A stretch of 64,000 nucleotides of DNA, from positions 14,597 to 78,596 of the forward strand of contig JAUXNU010000127.1 of NCBI GenBank assembly GCA_030682655.1, written 5' to 3'. The number at the start of each line of letters is the position of its first letter. Position 1 is the stretch's first letter. Positions 1-8,985 of this stretch are shown in pieces. Both the position numbers and the translations under genes were made by a program. The stretch is from Actinomycetota bacterium (GTDB lineage Bacteria > Actinomycetota > Coriobacteriia > Anaerosomatales > JAUXNU01). The notes beneath the pieces were generated by a model, which saw only the letters and a list, made by a program, of their open reading frames with translations, ran no database searches and was not told where the DNA came from.

Positions 1-162
1 CTTTCCGAGGAGATCGGCCGACTGACCGTCGAGGAGGCCACCGCGGACGAGATCAAGCGTGTCGCCATCGCCGAGGGAATGCTCACCCTTCGGGAGGATG
101 GGTTGGAGAAGGTCCGGATGGGGATAACGTCGATCGAGGAGATCGTACGGGTCATAGTCTAG
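1..162 (+). CDS. pilB: Type IV pilus assembly ATPase PilB/GspE, C-terminal fragment (5' end outside window)
   Basis: Frame is open from the window edge to TAG at 160-162. The tail ADEIKRVAIAEGMLTLREDGLEKVRMGITSIEEIVRV looks like a GspE/PilB C-terminus. pilT and pilC follow directly. Confidence 0.6.
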   Translation, partial: LSEEIGRLTVEEATADEIKRVAIAEGMLTLREDGLEKVRMGITSIEEIVRVIV

Positions 163-185
163 TTCTCGCGAGCCAAGGGGGCGTT

Positions 186-1256
186 ATGCGAGATGTGAAC
201 GAATTGCTGCGTGTCGTGATGGAGAGGGGTGGGTCGGACCTCCATATCACCGTGGGCGTCCCGCCAATGATCCGGCTCAACGGCAGGCTTATGCCGATAG
301 AAGGCGAGCCGTGCCTGACGCCCGACATGACGCGTGAGGCCGTGTTCTCGATCATGAGCCAGGATCGGCGAGCGGCGCTCGAGCAGAATCTCGAACACGA
401 CTTCGCATACTCCATTCCAGGTGAGGCGCGCTTCCGAGTCAACGCGTACTTCCAGCGCGGGAGTCTCGGGGCGGCGTTCCGTCTCATCCCTGTGGAGATT
501 CGCACGATCGCAGACCTTGGTCTTCCTGCCGTTCTCGAAGACCTGGCGATGAAGCCTCGTGGTTTCGTGCTGGTCACAGGACCTACAGGCTGCGGGAAGT
601 CCACGACACTGGCGGCGATGATTGACCATATCAACCACAACAGGGAACAACACATCATTACCATCGAGGATCCGATAGAGTACCTTCACGTGCACGACCG
701 TTCCGTGATCAATCAGCGTGAGGTCGGTTCAGACACGCAGTCGTTCGCCCGCGCGCTCAAGCACATTCTCCGCCAGGATCCCGACGTGATCCTCATCGGC
801 GAGATGCGCGATCTCGAGACAGTCTCTGCGGCATTGACCGCTGCCGAGACCGGGCATCTGGTGTTTGCAACCCTGCATACGCAGGATGCAGTGCAGACGG
901 TCGATCGAATCATCGACGTATTCCCGCCTCACCAGCAGCAGCAGGTCCGCGTCCAGCTGTCGGGTGTGCTGCAGGGGGTCGTAAGTCAGCAGCTCTTGCC
1001 GACCATCGACGGGCGGGGGAGGGTCGTCGCGTGCGAGGTGCTCATTCCTACACCCGCAGTGAGGAACCTCATTCGCGAGGCGAAGACCCATATGATCCAG
1101 ACGGCGATGCAGACGGGTACTTCGCACGGAATGGTAACGATGGACCATGCACTGGCCGATATGTACAGACGAGGTATGATTACGCTCGAGACCGCGATGC
1201 AGCGCGCCGTGGATCAGAACGATCTCAAGTCGCTGCTCTCGCAGACGGGCGGATAG
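186..1256 (+). CDS. pilT: Twitching-motility (retraction) ATPase PilT
   Basis: 356 aa. Walker A GPTGCGKST, Walker B/Asp box ILIGEMRD, His box ATLHT, and the PilT-type N-terminus LLRVVMERGGSDLHITVG. Confidence 0.9.
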   Translation: MRDVNELLRVVMERGGSDLHITVGVPPMIRLNGRLMPIEGEPCLTPDMTREAVFSIMSQDRRAALEQNLEHDFAYSIPGEARFRVNAYFQRGSLGAAFRLIPVEIRTIADLGLPAVLEDLAMKPRGFVLVTGPTGCGKSTTLAAMIDHINHNREQHIITIEDPIEYLHVHDRSVINQREVGSDTQSFARALKHILRQDPDVILIGEMRDLETVSAALTAAETGHLVFATLHTQDAVQTVDRIIDVFPPHQQQQVRVQLSGVLQGVVSQQLLPTIDGRGRVVACEVLIPTPAVRNLIREAKTHMIQTAMQTGTSHGMVTMDHALADMYRRGMITLETAMQRAVDQNDLKSLLSQTGG

Positions 1257-1280
1257 CGAAGAAAGGGAGAGGCCACAGGG

Positions 1281-2492
1281 ATGCCGACCTTCAACTACTC
1301 GGTCCGTGACAAAGCCGGTAAGATAGTCAAGGGAACTCTGGACGGCGACAATAGCGAGGCTGTCGGCGCGAAACTGCGTCAGATGGGCTACATCATCCTT
1401 GAGCTGGACCAGCAGGGCGGAATCGCCGCGCTGAACCAGATCACCTTTGGAACCGGCGTCAACCCCAAGGACGTCTCGATCTTCTCGCGCCAGTTTGCGA
1501 CGATGATCAATGCGGGCCTCTCGCTCACGAAGTGCCTCTCGATCCTCGCGCAGCAGACGGAGAGCAAAGGTCTGGCCGTCGTCATCAACCAGGTGGCCAA
1601 GGACGTAGAAGCCGGGCAGTCACTCTCTGACTCGCTGGCCAAACACCCAAAGGTGTTCCCGCCGATCTTCATCAATATGGTGCGCGCGGGCGAGACCGGC
1701 GGTGTTCTCGACGAAGTGCTCATGCGGCTTGCCGACCACTTCGAGAACGAGCTGGCGTTGAAGGCCAAGATAAAGTCCGCGATGACCTATCCGATTGCGA
1801 TGGGTGCTCTCGTGCTGATAATCCTCGTGGCGATGATGATCTTCGTCGTGCCGACGTTCGAGAAGATGTTCGCGGACATGGGAGGGGAGCTGCCCGCGAT
1901 CACCCAGTTGCTCGTGAACATCTCGAACTACGTTGCCGGGTGGGGTGGGGTCATCACCGCTGTGGTTGCAGTAGCGGTCAACTTCCTGTTCAAGTTCTGG
2001 AAGGGCACGAACAGTGGGAAGCTGATCTGGGACAAGACCCGCTTGAGTGCCCCAGTGTTCGGCACGCTGGTGCGGAAGATCGCTCTCGCGCGCTTCACGC
2101 GGACATTCGGCACGCTCGTTTCCGCCGGCGTGCCGATTCTCTCGGCGCTCGACATCGTTGCTGATACCGCAGGCAATGAAGTCGTCGCTCTCGCCGTGAA
2201 GAGAGCCCGCTCCGCGATCAAGGAAGGCGAGACTATAGCCAAGCCTCTTTCGGAGTCGAGCGTCTTTCCGTCCATGCTCGTACAGATGATCGCGGTCGGC
2301 GAGGAGACCGGTGCTTTGGACGCCATGCTCAACAAGATCGCGGACTTCTATGACGAGGAGGTGGCAACAGCCGTCGACGGTCTCACGTCCCTCATCGAGC
2401 CCCTGATGATGGCGACCCTCGGGCTCGTTGTCGGTGGCATGGTCGTCGCGCTCTACATGCCGATGTTCACTGTCATCACTCTCGTGGAGTAG
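1281..2492 (+). CDS. pilC: Type IV pilus platform protein PilC (GspF family)
   Basis: 403 aa. Duplicated GspF-type domains (FSRQFATMINAGLSL... and FTRTFGTLVSAGVPIL...) and three hydrophobic segments. GGAGAGG RBS upstream. Confidence 0.9.
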   Translation: MPTFNYSVRDKAGKIVKGTLDGDNSEAVGAKLRQMGYIILELDQQGGIAALNQITFGTGVNPKDVSIFSRQFATMINAGLSLTKCLSILAQQTESKGLAVVINQVAKDVEAGQSLSDSLAKHPKVFPPIFINMVRAGETGGVLDEVLMRLADHFENELALKAKIKSAMTYPIAMGALVLIILVAMMIFVVPTFEKMFADMGGELPAITQLLVNISNYVAGWGGVITAVVAVAVNFLFKFWKGTNSGKLIWDKTRLSAPVFGTLVRKIALARFTRTFGTLVSAGVPILSALDIVADTAGNEVVALAVKRARSAIKEGETIAKPLSESSVFPSMLVQMIAVGEETGALDAMLNKIADFYDEEVATAVDGLTSLIEPLMMATLGLVVGGMVVALYMPMFTVITLVE

Positions 2493-2693
2493 GCATCGGT
2501 TCACGATGGTCTGTGCCGCAGCGTCAGCGATCATGCACCGTGACAGGGCTCACAACAGATGCCGTTCATCTGCGAAAGAAGGTGAATACGCTAAAGCCCA
2601 GCTGAACGAGGTCGATAACCCCAATTGAAGAATGTTGGGCGGCGAAAGGCCGCCAAGTCGATTCCCCGGGAGGGGAGAAGGAGGTGCGAAGCC

Positions 2694-3074
2694 ATGAGGA
2701 AGTTCCGTAAGGACGAGGGCTTCACCTTGGTCGAACTGATGGTGGTTGTGCTTATTATCGGTATCCTTGTTGCAATCGCGATTCCCGTGTTCAACGTTGC
2801 TCGTGCCCGGGCGCAGGAGCGCGCGTGTTTCGCGAACCAGCGCACGCTTGAAGGCGCAGCTCAGACGTTCGTTGCTGACGATGTTCTCAACAGCCTTGCG
2901 AATCTCGAGGCCGCCGCCTGGAAGACCGCGGCGAGCGCCAGCGCCGGGGCCCCGCCGTTCATTGGCAGGAATGGATTCGTCGCAGCAGAGCCTGTATGCC
3001 CGACCCTCGGCGGTAGCTACACGTTGACTAATGGCGAGGCGGCTTGCGCGGACGCTTCGCACCTTCACTACTAG
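2694..3074 (+). CDS. pilA: Major type IV pilin (prepilin with class III signal peptide)
   Basis: Internal ATG at 2694 is preceded by GAAGGAGG. N-terminus MRKFRKDEG|FTLVELMVVVLIIGILVAIAIP has the G-1/F+1/E+5 prepilin motif. 126 aa with 3 Cys. A strong hairpin follows the stop. Confidence 0.8.
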   Translation: MRKFRKDEGFTLVELMVVVLIIGILVAIAIPVFNVARARAQERACFANQRTLEGAAQTFVADDVLNSLANLEAAAWKTAASASAGAPPFIGRNGFVAAEPVCPTLGGSYTLTNGEAACADASHLHY

Positions 3075-3112
3075 GAGTTTCGGCTAGCCTGGTTCTTCAG
3101 GTCTAGGAATGA

Positions 3113-3145
3113 GGCCGGCGGGTTCGCCCCGCCGGTCTCTTCGCG
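3113..3145 (+). terminator. Putative intrinsic terminator after the pilin gene
   Basis: GGCCGGCGGG (3113-3122), loop TTCGC, CCCGCCGGTC (3128-3137): a 10-bp stem with one G-U pair, followed by TCTTCGCGTTCC. Confidence 0.5.
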
Positions 3146-3232
3146 TTCCGATGCTGCCGCTCGACCTCGACACCTCTTCAGCGAACCGCTAGGCTCATTC
3201 GTCGTAAAGCCTCTCCAGCCAGGGAAGCGCAC

Positions 3233-4057
3233 ATGAACGCAGCCTACTTCACAGCACTCGCGCTCTTCGGCCTTGCATTCGGCAGCTTCGCCAACGTCGT
3301 CATCTGGCGTTTTCCCCGTGGCGAATCGCTGTCCGTTCCCGGTTCACATTGCCCTGCGTGCGGCCATCCCGTGCGCTGGTACGACAACATCCCCCTGGTG
3401 TCGTGGGGCGTTCTCAGGGCTCGTTGCCGGGACTGTGGATTCCGCATCTCCTTCCGATATCCGCTCGTGGAGCTCACGTCGGCAGTTCTCTGGGTGCTCG
3501 CCGCAGTGCGGTTCGGATTCACCCTCAGGACGGTTGCGTGCGTTGTCCTGTTCTACTTCCTGCTTCTGCTCACGTTCATCGACATCGACACGATGCGTCT
3601 GCCGAACCTGCTGGTGGGGGCGCTCGCCATCACGGGAGTGGTGTTCGTGGCGGCCTCAGCCGTGTCGCACACCGCGATCGCCCCGCTGCTCGGGACGAGT
3701 TCCGGTTCCTCGGCACGACCGATTGTCGTGGCTTTGATCGGCGTGGCGCTCGGGGCAGGGCCGAGTCTGGGCATCGCGCTTGTCTACGAGGTCGTTCGAA
3801 AGCGCCAGGGTTTCGGCATGGGCGACGTGAAGCTCCTGGCCACGCTGGGTATCTACCTAGGGCCATACGCGTTGATGACTCTGGTCATAGGCTCGTTCAT
3901 CGGTGCAGTGTGGGGTGTAGGCGCCAGCGTAGGGAGCGGTGAGGGTGCATCGACCAAGATACCTTTCGGTCCGTTCTTGGCGGCTGGCGCAGTACTGACG
4001 GTTATGTTCGGACCCTCGATGTGGGTTTGGTACATCTCGATAGCTGGACTAGCATGA
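3233..4057 (+). CDS. pilD: Prepilin peptidase / N-methyltransferase PilD (A24 family)
   Basis: 274 aa. CPACGH...CRDCG zinc-type motif, catalytic Asp contexts FIDIDTMRLP and GMGDVKLL, multiple TM segments. Confidence 0.9.
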   Translation: MNAAYFTALALFGLAFGSFANVVIWRFPRGESLSVPGSHCPACGHPVRWYDNIPLVSWGVLRARCRDCGFRISFRYPLVELTSAVLWVLAAVRFGFTLRTVACVVLFYFLLLLTFIDIDTMRLPNLLVGALAITGVVFVAASAVSHTAIAPLLGTSSGSSARPIVVALIGVALGAGPSLGIALVYEVVRKRQGFGMGDVKLLATLGIYLGPYALMTLVIGSFIGAVWGVGASVGSGEGASTKIPFGPFLAAGAVLTVMFGPSMWVWYISIAGLA

Positions 4058-4208
4058 TGCACGGGAATGAGTTCGGGACTATGGTCGAGTGAGCCTCGTG
4101 CCCGCGCGACTCGTGAGCATCAAGTCATGCGCCACGGGTGCCGATAATGCATGTGGATACGTGTGCCGGTTGGCGCACGCCAGAGCAGCATATAGGGGTG
4201 TGTGAGAA

Positions 4209-5705
4209 ATGAAGAGCCTGCGCTTTGGAGCGAGTACTCCCCGTCGAGACGACGATGGTTTCAGCGTTCTCGAGGTTGTGCTCGCTGCGTTCATCATGTT
4301 CTTCGCGCTGACGGCGGTGCTTGGGCTGGTTGGCACGAGCACGCGCATGAGCCTCAGCGCGAAGCAGCGTACGGCGATGGTCAACGCGGTGAACAGCCAT
4401 TTCGAGTGGGTTCGGTCGCTAGACTTCGAGAAGATCGCCAGCACATCTGAGGGTGGCGATATCCTTCCCGTCAAGACGATCACCGTCGACGGATTCACAG
4501 TGACGATCACGACTACCATCAGCGAGGGCACGGGAAACACAAAGGAAGTCCGGGTAGCGGCTGAAGCGGCCGCGCCGGGGTACCGAAGCGTGAGGATGAC
4601 GAGTTTCGCTGCGATTCGCAACAGCGAGGCAATCGTTGTCGGCACCGAAGACAGCCCGCTTGAGATCGACTTCGGCACTCGAACGCCGGTAGCGAACACA
4701 ATCGTATACGAGTCATATGTCATGGGTGGTGCGGACCTGATCATCGACGCGGACGCAGAGACGACTGAACCTGACGGTGTCGTATCCGAACTGGAGTTCA
4801 GCTGTTTGAATCAGCCTCTTCGCAGCGGCTCGACACTGAGTTCTCCGGTGGCCGCGTGGACACCCGGAACGCCCACAGTATCGCAGTCGTTCAAGTGGGA
4901 CACAGAGCAAGTCAAGAGTGTTGATGGACTGACCGTTGCGGCAATCGCTGACGGCTGGCGTGATGTCTACATCATCGCGAGAGACAATCAAGGTCGCGAG
5001 GAGAGGAAGTCTCGACGCCTCTATGTTGACAACAAGAATCCGGACCTTCCGGGGGTTCCGATCGCACAGGTGAACAACAACTCCGAGACGCGCGTCTCGT
5101 GGGCAGCAGCAAAGGACGGCACGCATGATGCATGGTCCTACGAGGTCTTGCTTGAGCAGATCAATGGTTCGGGCAGTCTGGTGAGCGTGGGTACCACCGC
5201 GTGTCCGGATCCCGTCTACATTCACAACGGCTCCACGTTCAGCAGGTACTGCGTTTCCGTGAGGGCCCTGTCGCCGCGGAATCTCGCCAGCGCATACCAG
5301 CCGATCGCAACACCGTACGTGACACGGCCCACCCTCACCGGTACCAGCACGTGTGTCTACACCGGAAGCAACGAATCTCGCAAGTCCACGACGTCCGTCT
5401 CGCTCACGTCCGCCTCACCGACCTTCGCTGCCAGTGGTGTCGCCTACGATGTCTACCGGAAGAACATGAACGATGCGACCCCGGCGTGGGTGTTCGTCAA
5501 GACATCTGACACTAGCGACTTCACCGATTCGGTCGTGAAGACCGTTGGCGCGAATGGTGTAGCCGATCCGTACCTGTACAAGGTGCAGGTCCGCTACTCG
5601 GCTACCGTCTATGCTCCGCTTGCGAACCAGTCCATCTGGTCGGACGAGATAGGTCCGACGACCGTGCTTGAGGGCACCCTCGCGATGGGACACGTCGCAT
5701 GGTAG
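4209..5705 (+). CDS. Large prepilin-leader (minor pilin-like) protein with Ig/FN3-like C-terminal modules
   Basis: 498 aa. N-terminus RRDDDG|FSVLEVVLAAFIMFFALTAVLGLVG matches the prepilin cleavage/methylation motif. The rest is beta-rich, with FN3-like patterns (TRVSWAAA...WSYEVLL...YCVSVRALSP; VAYDVYRKN...YLYKVQVRYS). Confidence 0.65.
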   Translation: MKSLRFGASTPRRDDDGFSVLEVVLAAFIMFFALTAVLGLVGTSTRMSLSAKQRTAMVNAVNSHFEWVRSLDFEKIASTSEGGDILPVKTITVDGFTVTITTTISEGTGNTKEVRVAAEAAAPGYRSVRMTSFAAIRNSEAIVVGTEDSPLEIDFGTRTPVANTIVYESYVMGGADLIIDADAETTEPDGVVSELEFSCLNQPLRSGSTLSSPVAAWTPGTPTVSQSFKWDTEQVKSVDGLTVAAIADGWRDVYIIARDNQGREERKSRRLYVDNKNPDLPGVPIAQVNNNSETRVSWAAAKDGTHDAWSYEVLLEQINGSGSLVSVGTTACPDPVYIHNGSTFSRYCVSVRALSPRNLASAYQPIATPYVTRPTLTGTSTCVYTGSNESRKSTTSVSLTSASPTFAASGVAYDVYRKNMNDATPAWVFVKTSDTSDFTDSVVKTVGANGVADPYLYKVQVRYSATVYAPLANQSIWSDEIGPTTVLEGTLAMGHVAW

Positions 5706-6256
5706 GACGGCTGACAGATGACAGGGGTTTCTCGCTGACCGAGCTCATCACGGTCACGGTTCTCCTGGGCGTGGTGCTCGCCATCTCCTACGGCGCGATG
5801 ATTGCGGTATACCGCGGCACCGACGTGAGCGATCGGCAGGCGACGATTTCGAGAGAGGCTGCTGCGCCGCTTGGAGCTATGGAAGAGATCATCTCTCAGG
5901 CGATCAGCGTGGACACGGCAAACGCCTACACGATGACCGTGCTGACTGATCGTGACAACAACAAAGTGATCGAGCGGCACATCTTCACGGCGAATGCCGA
6001 CGGCACGCTGACTCAGGTGACCTGGCTCACGAATGCCTCACGGGTAAACACGACTCGCATCGGGGATGTCACCTGGTCTCGAAACAACCGCAATGTCGCG
6101 AGAACGCAGCCACTCTTCTACTACTGGGATGGACAGAAGCCGCGTGCGAGGACCACTGATCCGGCACAAGTCGGGTACGTAGACATGAACCTCGTGGTGG
6201 AGGTCGACGGGCGGGAGTACCGGGACACGCGCTCGGTGCTGTTGCGAAACCGCTAG
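5699..6256 (+). CDS. Minor pilin / pseudopilin
   Basis: 185 aa. N-terminus MVGRLTDDRG|FSLTELITVTVLLGVVLAI (G/F/E+5 motif). The start overlaps the upstream stop (ATGGTAG). Confidence 0.7.
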   Translation: MVGRLTDDRGFSLTELITVTVLLGVVLAISYGAMIAVYRGTDVSDRQATISREAAAPLGAMEEIISQAISVDTANAYTMTVLTDRDNNKVIERHIFTANADGTLTQVTWLTNASRVNTTRIGDVTWSRNNRNVARTQPLFYYWDGQKPRARTTDPAQVGYVDMNLVVEVDGREYRDTRSVLLRNR

Positions 6257-6280
6257 GGCGCCACGGACGGAGGAACCAAG

Positions 6281-7732
6281 GTGTTCACGAGGATACGCAA
6301 GGAAGATGGCATTGCGATGGTGGCCGTCGTCGGTGTTGTCGCGCTCATATCGGCTGTCGCCATGGGCGGATTCATCCTGTCCCGCCAGATCCTCCACGAG
6401 TCCGTGCGGGTAGAGAACGAGAGCAAGGCCTTCCAGGTGGCGCAGAGCGGGATGGACCGTGAGCTTGCCACATTCACTCCCGACAAGCTGACAGATGGCT
6501 TCCTTGACAAGACCGGCAGGACCGAGGACGGTACCTACACCATCAGCGTGGCACCTGCATCGGGTACGCCGAATCCCCTGTTCGGCGAGTACGTCCTTAC
6601 TTCGTGGGGAGAGGCACGGGGTGTCTCGGAGTCCGTGAGCATGACCTTCTTCTATATCGACCTCTGGAACATCAACATCGGTTCGGGAGAGAACGCTTCA
6701 ATCGGTGGAGGTCGGGGCTTCAACGGCAACGCTACCATAACTGGCCCCTTGTACATCCGTGGAAACATGGAGTGGGGTTCGAGCGCGCGATACGAAGGAG
6801 GGCCGCTGTTTATCAAGGATGGATACCTCGATATCAGCGGGGCCGGAACCCTTGGCAAGCTGAAGCCGATCAAGTGCTACATCACCAACGGAGTGCGGGG
6901 CAAGGTGGGCAATCTGTACCCCGACGGCCCAATATCCTCGTCTGTTCCCGACATCGAGTTGCCGTGGGTCGACGCAGCGTACATGTCGAGCAAGTACGAC
7001 CTTGCGAAGGCCGAGTCGGCTGACCAACTTATGGGCTCGGAGTCGCGCGGAATCGTCAACACCACCGAAGTCACGACTCTCGGTAACCCATCCACATACG
7101 GTGGCACGAAGGCGACTTCTTCGCCGGCCGCCACGTCTGCATTCTACAAGTACATCGGCGCGTCGACCGGCCCCAAGGCACTTGGAATGGGAACCAACAA
7201 CTTGACCATCGGCGCCACGTCGTTCGGTCGCTGGGAAGGCAACGGGTACCCGGTCGCCTCCGGCCTGCATGACGACTTCGCCTTCGACTACAACACAGGC
7301 ACACTCTACGTCGAGGGTACGGTGTTCATCGACGGAGTCCTCACACTCGGTGATAGGGTGACGAAGTACGTCGGCAACGGCACGCTTGTGGTCAACAACA
7401 ACGTGTTCATCCTGGGCGATCCGCGACCCAAAGACGTGCTGTCCAAGGAGCAGGCACTCGGAATCGTCACGCCGGGCGATGTGAGGATCGGCGAGTCGAA
7501 CAACACCGCCCACTACATCGGCGGCATCTTTGCCAACGGCGTCGTCGGGCTCTATGGCGCGCAGGGGTCGGACCCCACTCGGGCAGAGGGTGCCATCCTT
7601 TGCGGCTCCATCTACGGAGACAAGCCGAACCTGAACATCCACATGAATTCAGAGCTCTCCGAGGCCGGCGTCGAGAGCCTGCCGGGTTCCGGTGGCGGCA
7701 TCGTGTACCAGGGCACCTGGACGCGCAACTAG
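6281..7732 (+). CDS. PilX-N-like pilus-associated protein with Gly/Asn-rich beta-helix-like body
   Basis: 483 aa. GTG start 8 nt after GGAGG. N-terminus IRKEDG|IAMVAVVGVVALISAVAMGG is pilin-like but lacks Glu+5, as in PilX_N proteins. Repetitive G/N-rich strands are present (GGGRGFNGNATITGPLYIRGN..., GNGTLVVNNNVFILGD...). Confidence 0.55.
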   Translation: MFTRIRKEDGIAMVAVVGVVALISAVAMGGFILSRQILHESVRVENESKAFQVAQSGMDRELATFTPDKLTDGFLDKTGRTEDGTYTISVAPASGTPNPLFGEYVLTSWGEARGVSESVSMTFFYIDLWNINIGSGENASIGGGRGFNGNATITGPLYIRGNMEWGSSARYEGGPLFIKDGYLDISGAGTLGKLKPIKCYITNGVRGKVGNLYPDGPISSSVPDIELPWVDAAYMSSKYDLAKAESADQLMGSESRGIVNTTEVTTLGNPSTYGGTKATSSPAATSAFYKYIGASTGPKALGMGTNNLTIGATSFGRWEGNGYPVASGLHDDFAFDYNTGTLYVEGTVFIDGVLTLGDRVTKYVGNGTLVVNNNVFILGDPRPKDVLSKEQALGIVTPGDVRIGESNNTAHYIGGIFANGVVGLYGAQGSDPTRAEGAILCGSIYGDKPNLNIHMNSELSEAGVESLPGSGGGIVYQGTWTRN

Positions 7733-7753
7733 CGTTCAAGAGCCAGCCATCTG

Positions 7754-7781
7754 TTGCCGAATATGAAACATATGGTAGAAT
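7754..7781 (+). promoter_or_regulatory. Putative sigma70-type promoter for pilMNO (extended -10)
   Basis: TTGCCG (7754-7759), 16-nt spacer, TGg-TAGAAT (-10 at 7776-7781), in a locally AT-rich gap about 75 nt upstream of pilM. Confidence 0.45.
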
Positions 7782-7854
7782 CCGCATCGGGAGTTTAGAG
7801 TTGTAGCATCAGTCGAAGTCACGTCGTAGCACTAGTGGTAGAAGGGGGACTCCT

Positions 7855-8985
7855 GTGGGCGCCTTCTCCCTCGGCACCCAGCCGATGCCCATCGGTCTCG
7901 ATATCGGGACCGACCACATTCGCGCAGCCCAACTGAAGCCATCCGGCTCGGGGTTCGTGCTCGGCGCGTATGGGCGCGTCAATCTTCCTATGGGCGCGGT
8001 CGTAGAAGGCGAAGTCGTCGATACAGAAGCGGTTTCCTCGGCGATGAAGGAACTGTGGCGCCGGCACGGTCTTCACGGCAAGGACGTCTCGATCGGCGTG
8101 TCCAACCAGAAGGTCGTCGTGCGGCTGATCGATCTGCCATACATGGAGCGCGCTGAACTTGAGGGCGCGATCCAGTACCAGGCGCAGGACTACATACCGA
8201 TTCCTATCGAGGACGCGATCCTCGACTTCCAGATAATCGGCGACTACATGACGCCGGCCGACGAGCACATGATGGAAGTGCTGCTTGTCGCCGCGCAGAA
8301 GGACATGATCGGCAATGCTGTGCTTGCCGTCGAGCAGGCGGGCCTGAAACTCGCTCAGATCGATGTGACCTCGTTTGCGATCGTTCGTTCGATCCTTGGC
8401 ATGGGTGGCACGGTCCTGCCCGGTGAGGACGAAGCGATCGGCGAAGCGATCGGCGTCATTCACATCTCGTCCGGACTGACCAACATCGTGGTCGTTGAGC
8501 GCGAAGTCCCGCGCTTCACCCGCGTGTCGTCGATCGCCGGCAACCAGTTCACCCAGGCGATCGCCAACGTACTGAACCTCACTTTCGACGAAGCCGAGGA
8601 ACTGAAGATTCGTGTAGGGCTTCCTGACATCGATTCCGCGGCGGCCCAGGCCGTTGTGCCCGATGTCGACCAGCAGACGTATCAGGTCGCCCAGGACGCT
8701 CTCGAGCGCGAGGTCAACAAGTTCATCGCCGAGGTCCGGCGGTCCCTCGACTACTACCTCACCCAGGCGACACAGGTGCGCACGATCCGCAAGATCTACA
8801 TGACGGGCAGCGGTGCGCAGCTCTCCAACATGGCCGGCTACATCGAGAAGGGCCTCCAGGCGGAGGTCGTGCTTGCGGATCCGCTCCAGTGGGTTCAGGT
8901 GCCCGGCGGTCTTCAGGACCTCGTCCTGGCCGATCGAATGGGCTCCGCGCCGGTCGTCGGCCTTGCAATGGGGGGTGCGGTCTAG
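7855..8985 (+). CDS. pilM: Type IV pilus assembly protein PilM (actin-like ATPase fold)
   Basis: 376 aa. IGLDIGTDHIRAAQL phosphate-1-like motif with PilM/FtsA-like architecture. Immediately followed by pilN. Confidence 0.9.
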   Translation: MGAFSLGTQPMPIGLDIGTDHIRAAQLKPSGSGFVLGAYGRVNLPMGAVVEGEVVDTEAVSSAMKELWRRHGLHGKDVSIGVSNQKVVVRLIDLPYMERAELEGAIQYQAQDYIPIPIEDAILDFQIIGDYMTPADEHMMEVLLVAAQKDMIGNAVLAVEQAGLKLAQIDVTSFAIVRSILGMGGTVLPGEDEAIGEAIGVIHISSGLTNIVVVEREVPRFTRVSSIAGNQFTQAIANVLNLTFDEAEELKIRVGLPDIDSAAAQAVVPDVDQQTYQVAQDALEREVNKFIAEVRRSLDYYLTQATQVRTIRKIYMTGSGAQLSNMAGYIEKGLQAEVVLADPLQWVQVPGGLQDLVLADRMGSAPVVGLAMGGAV

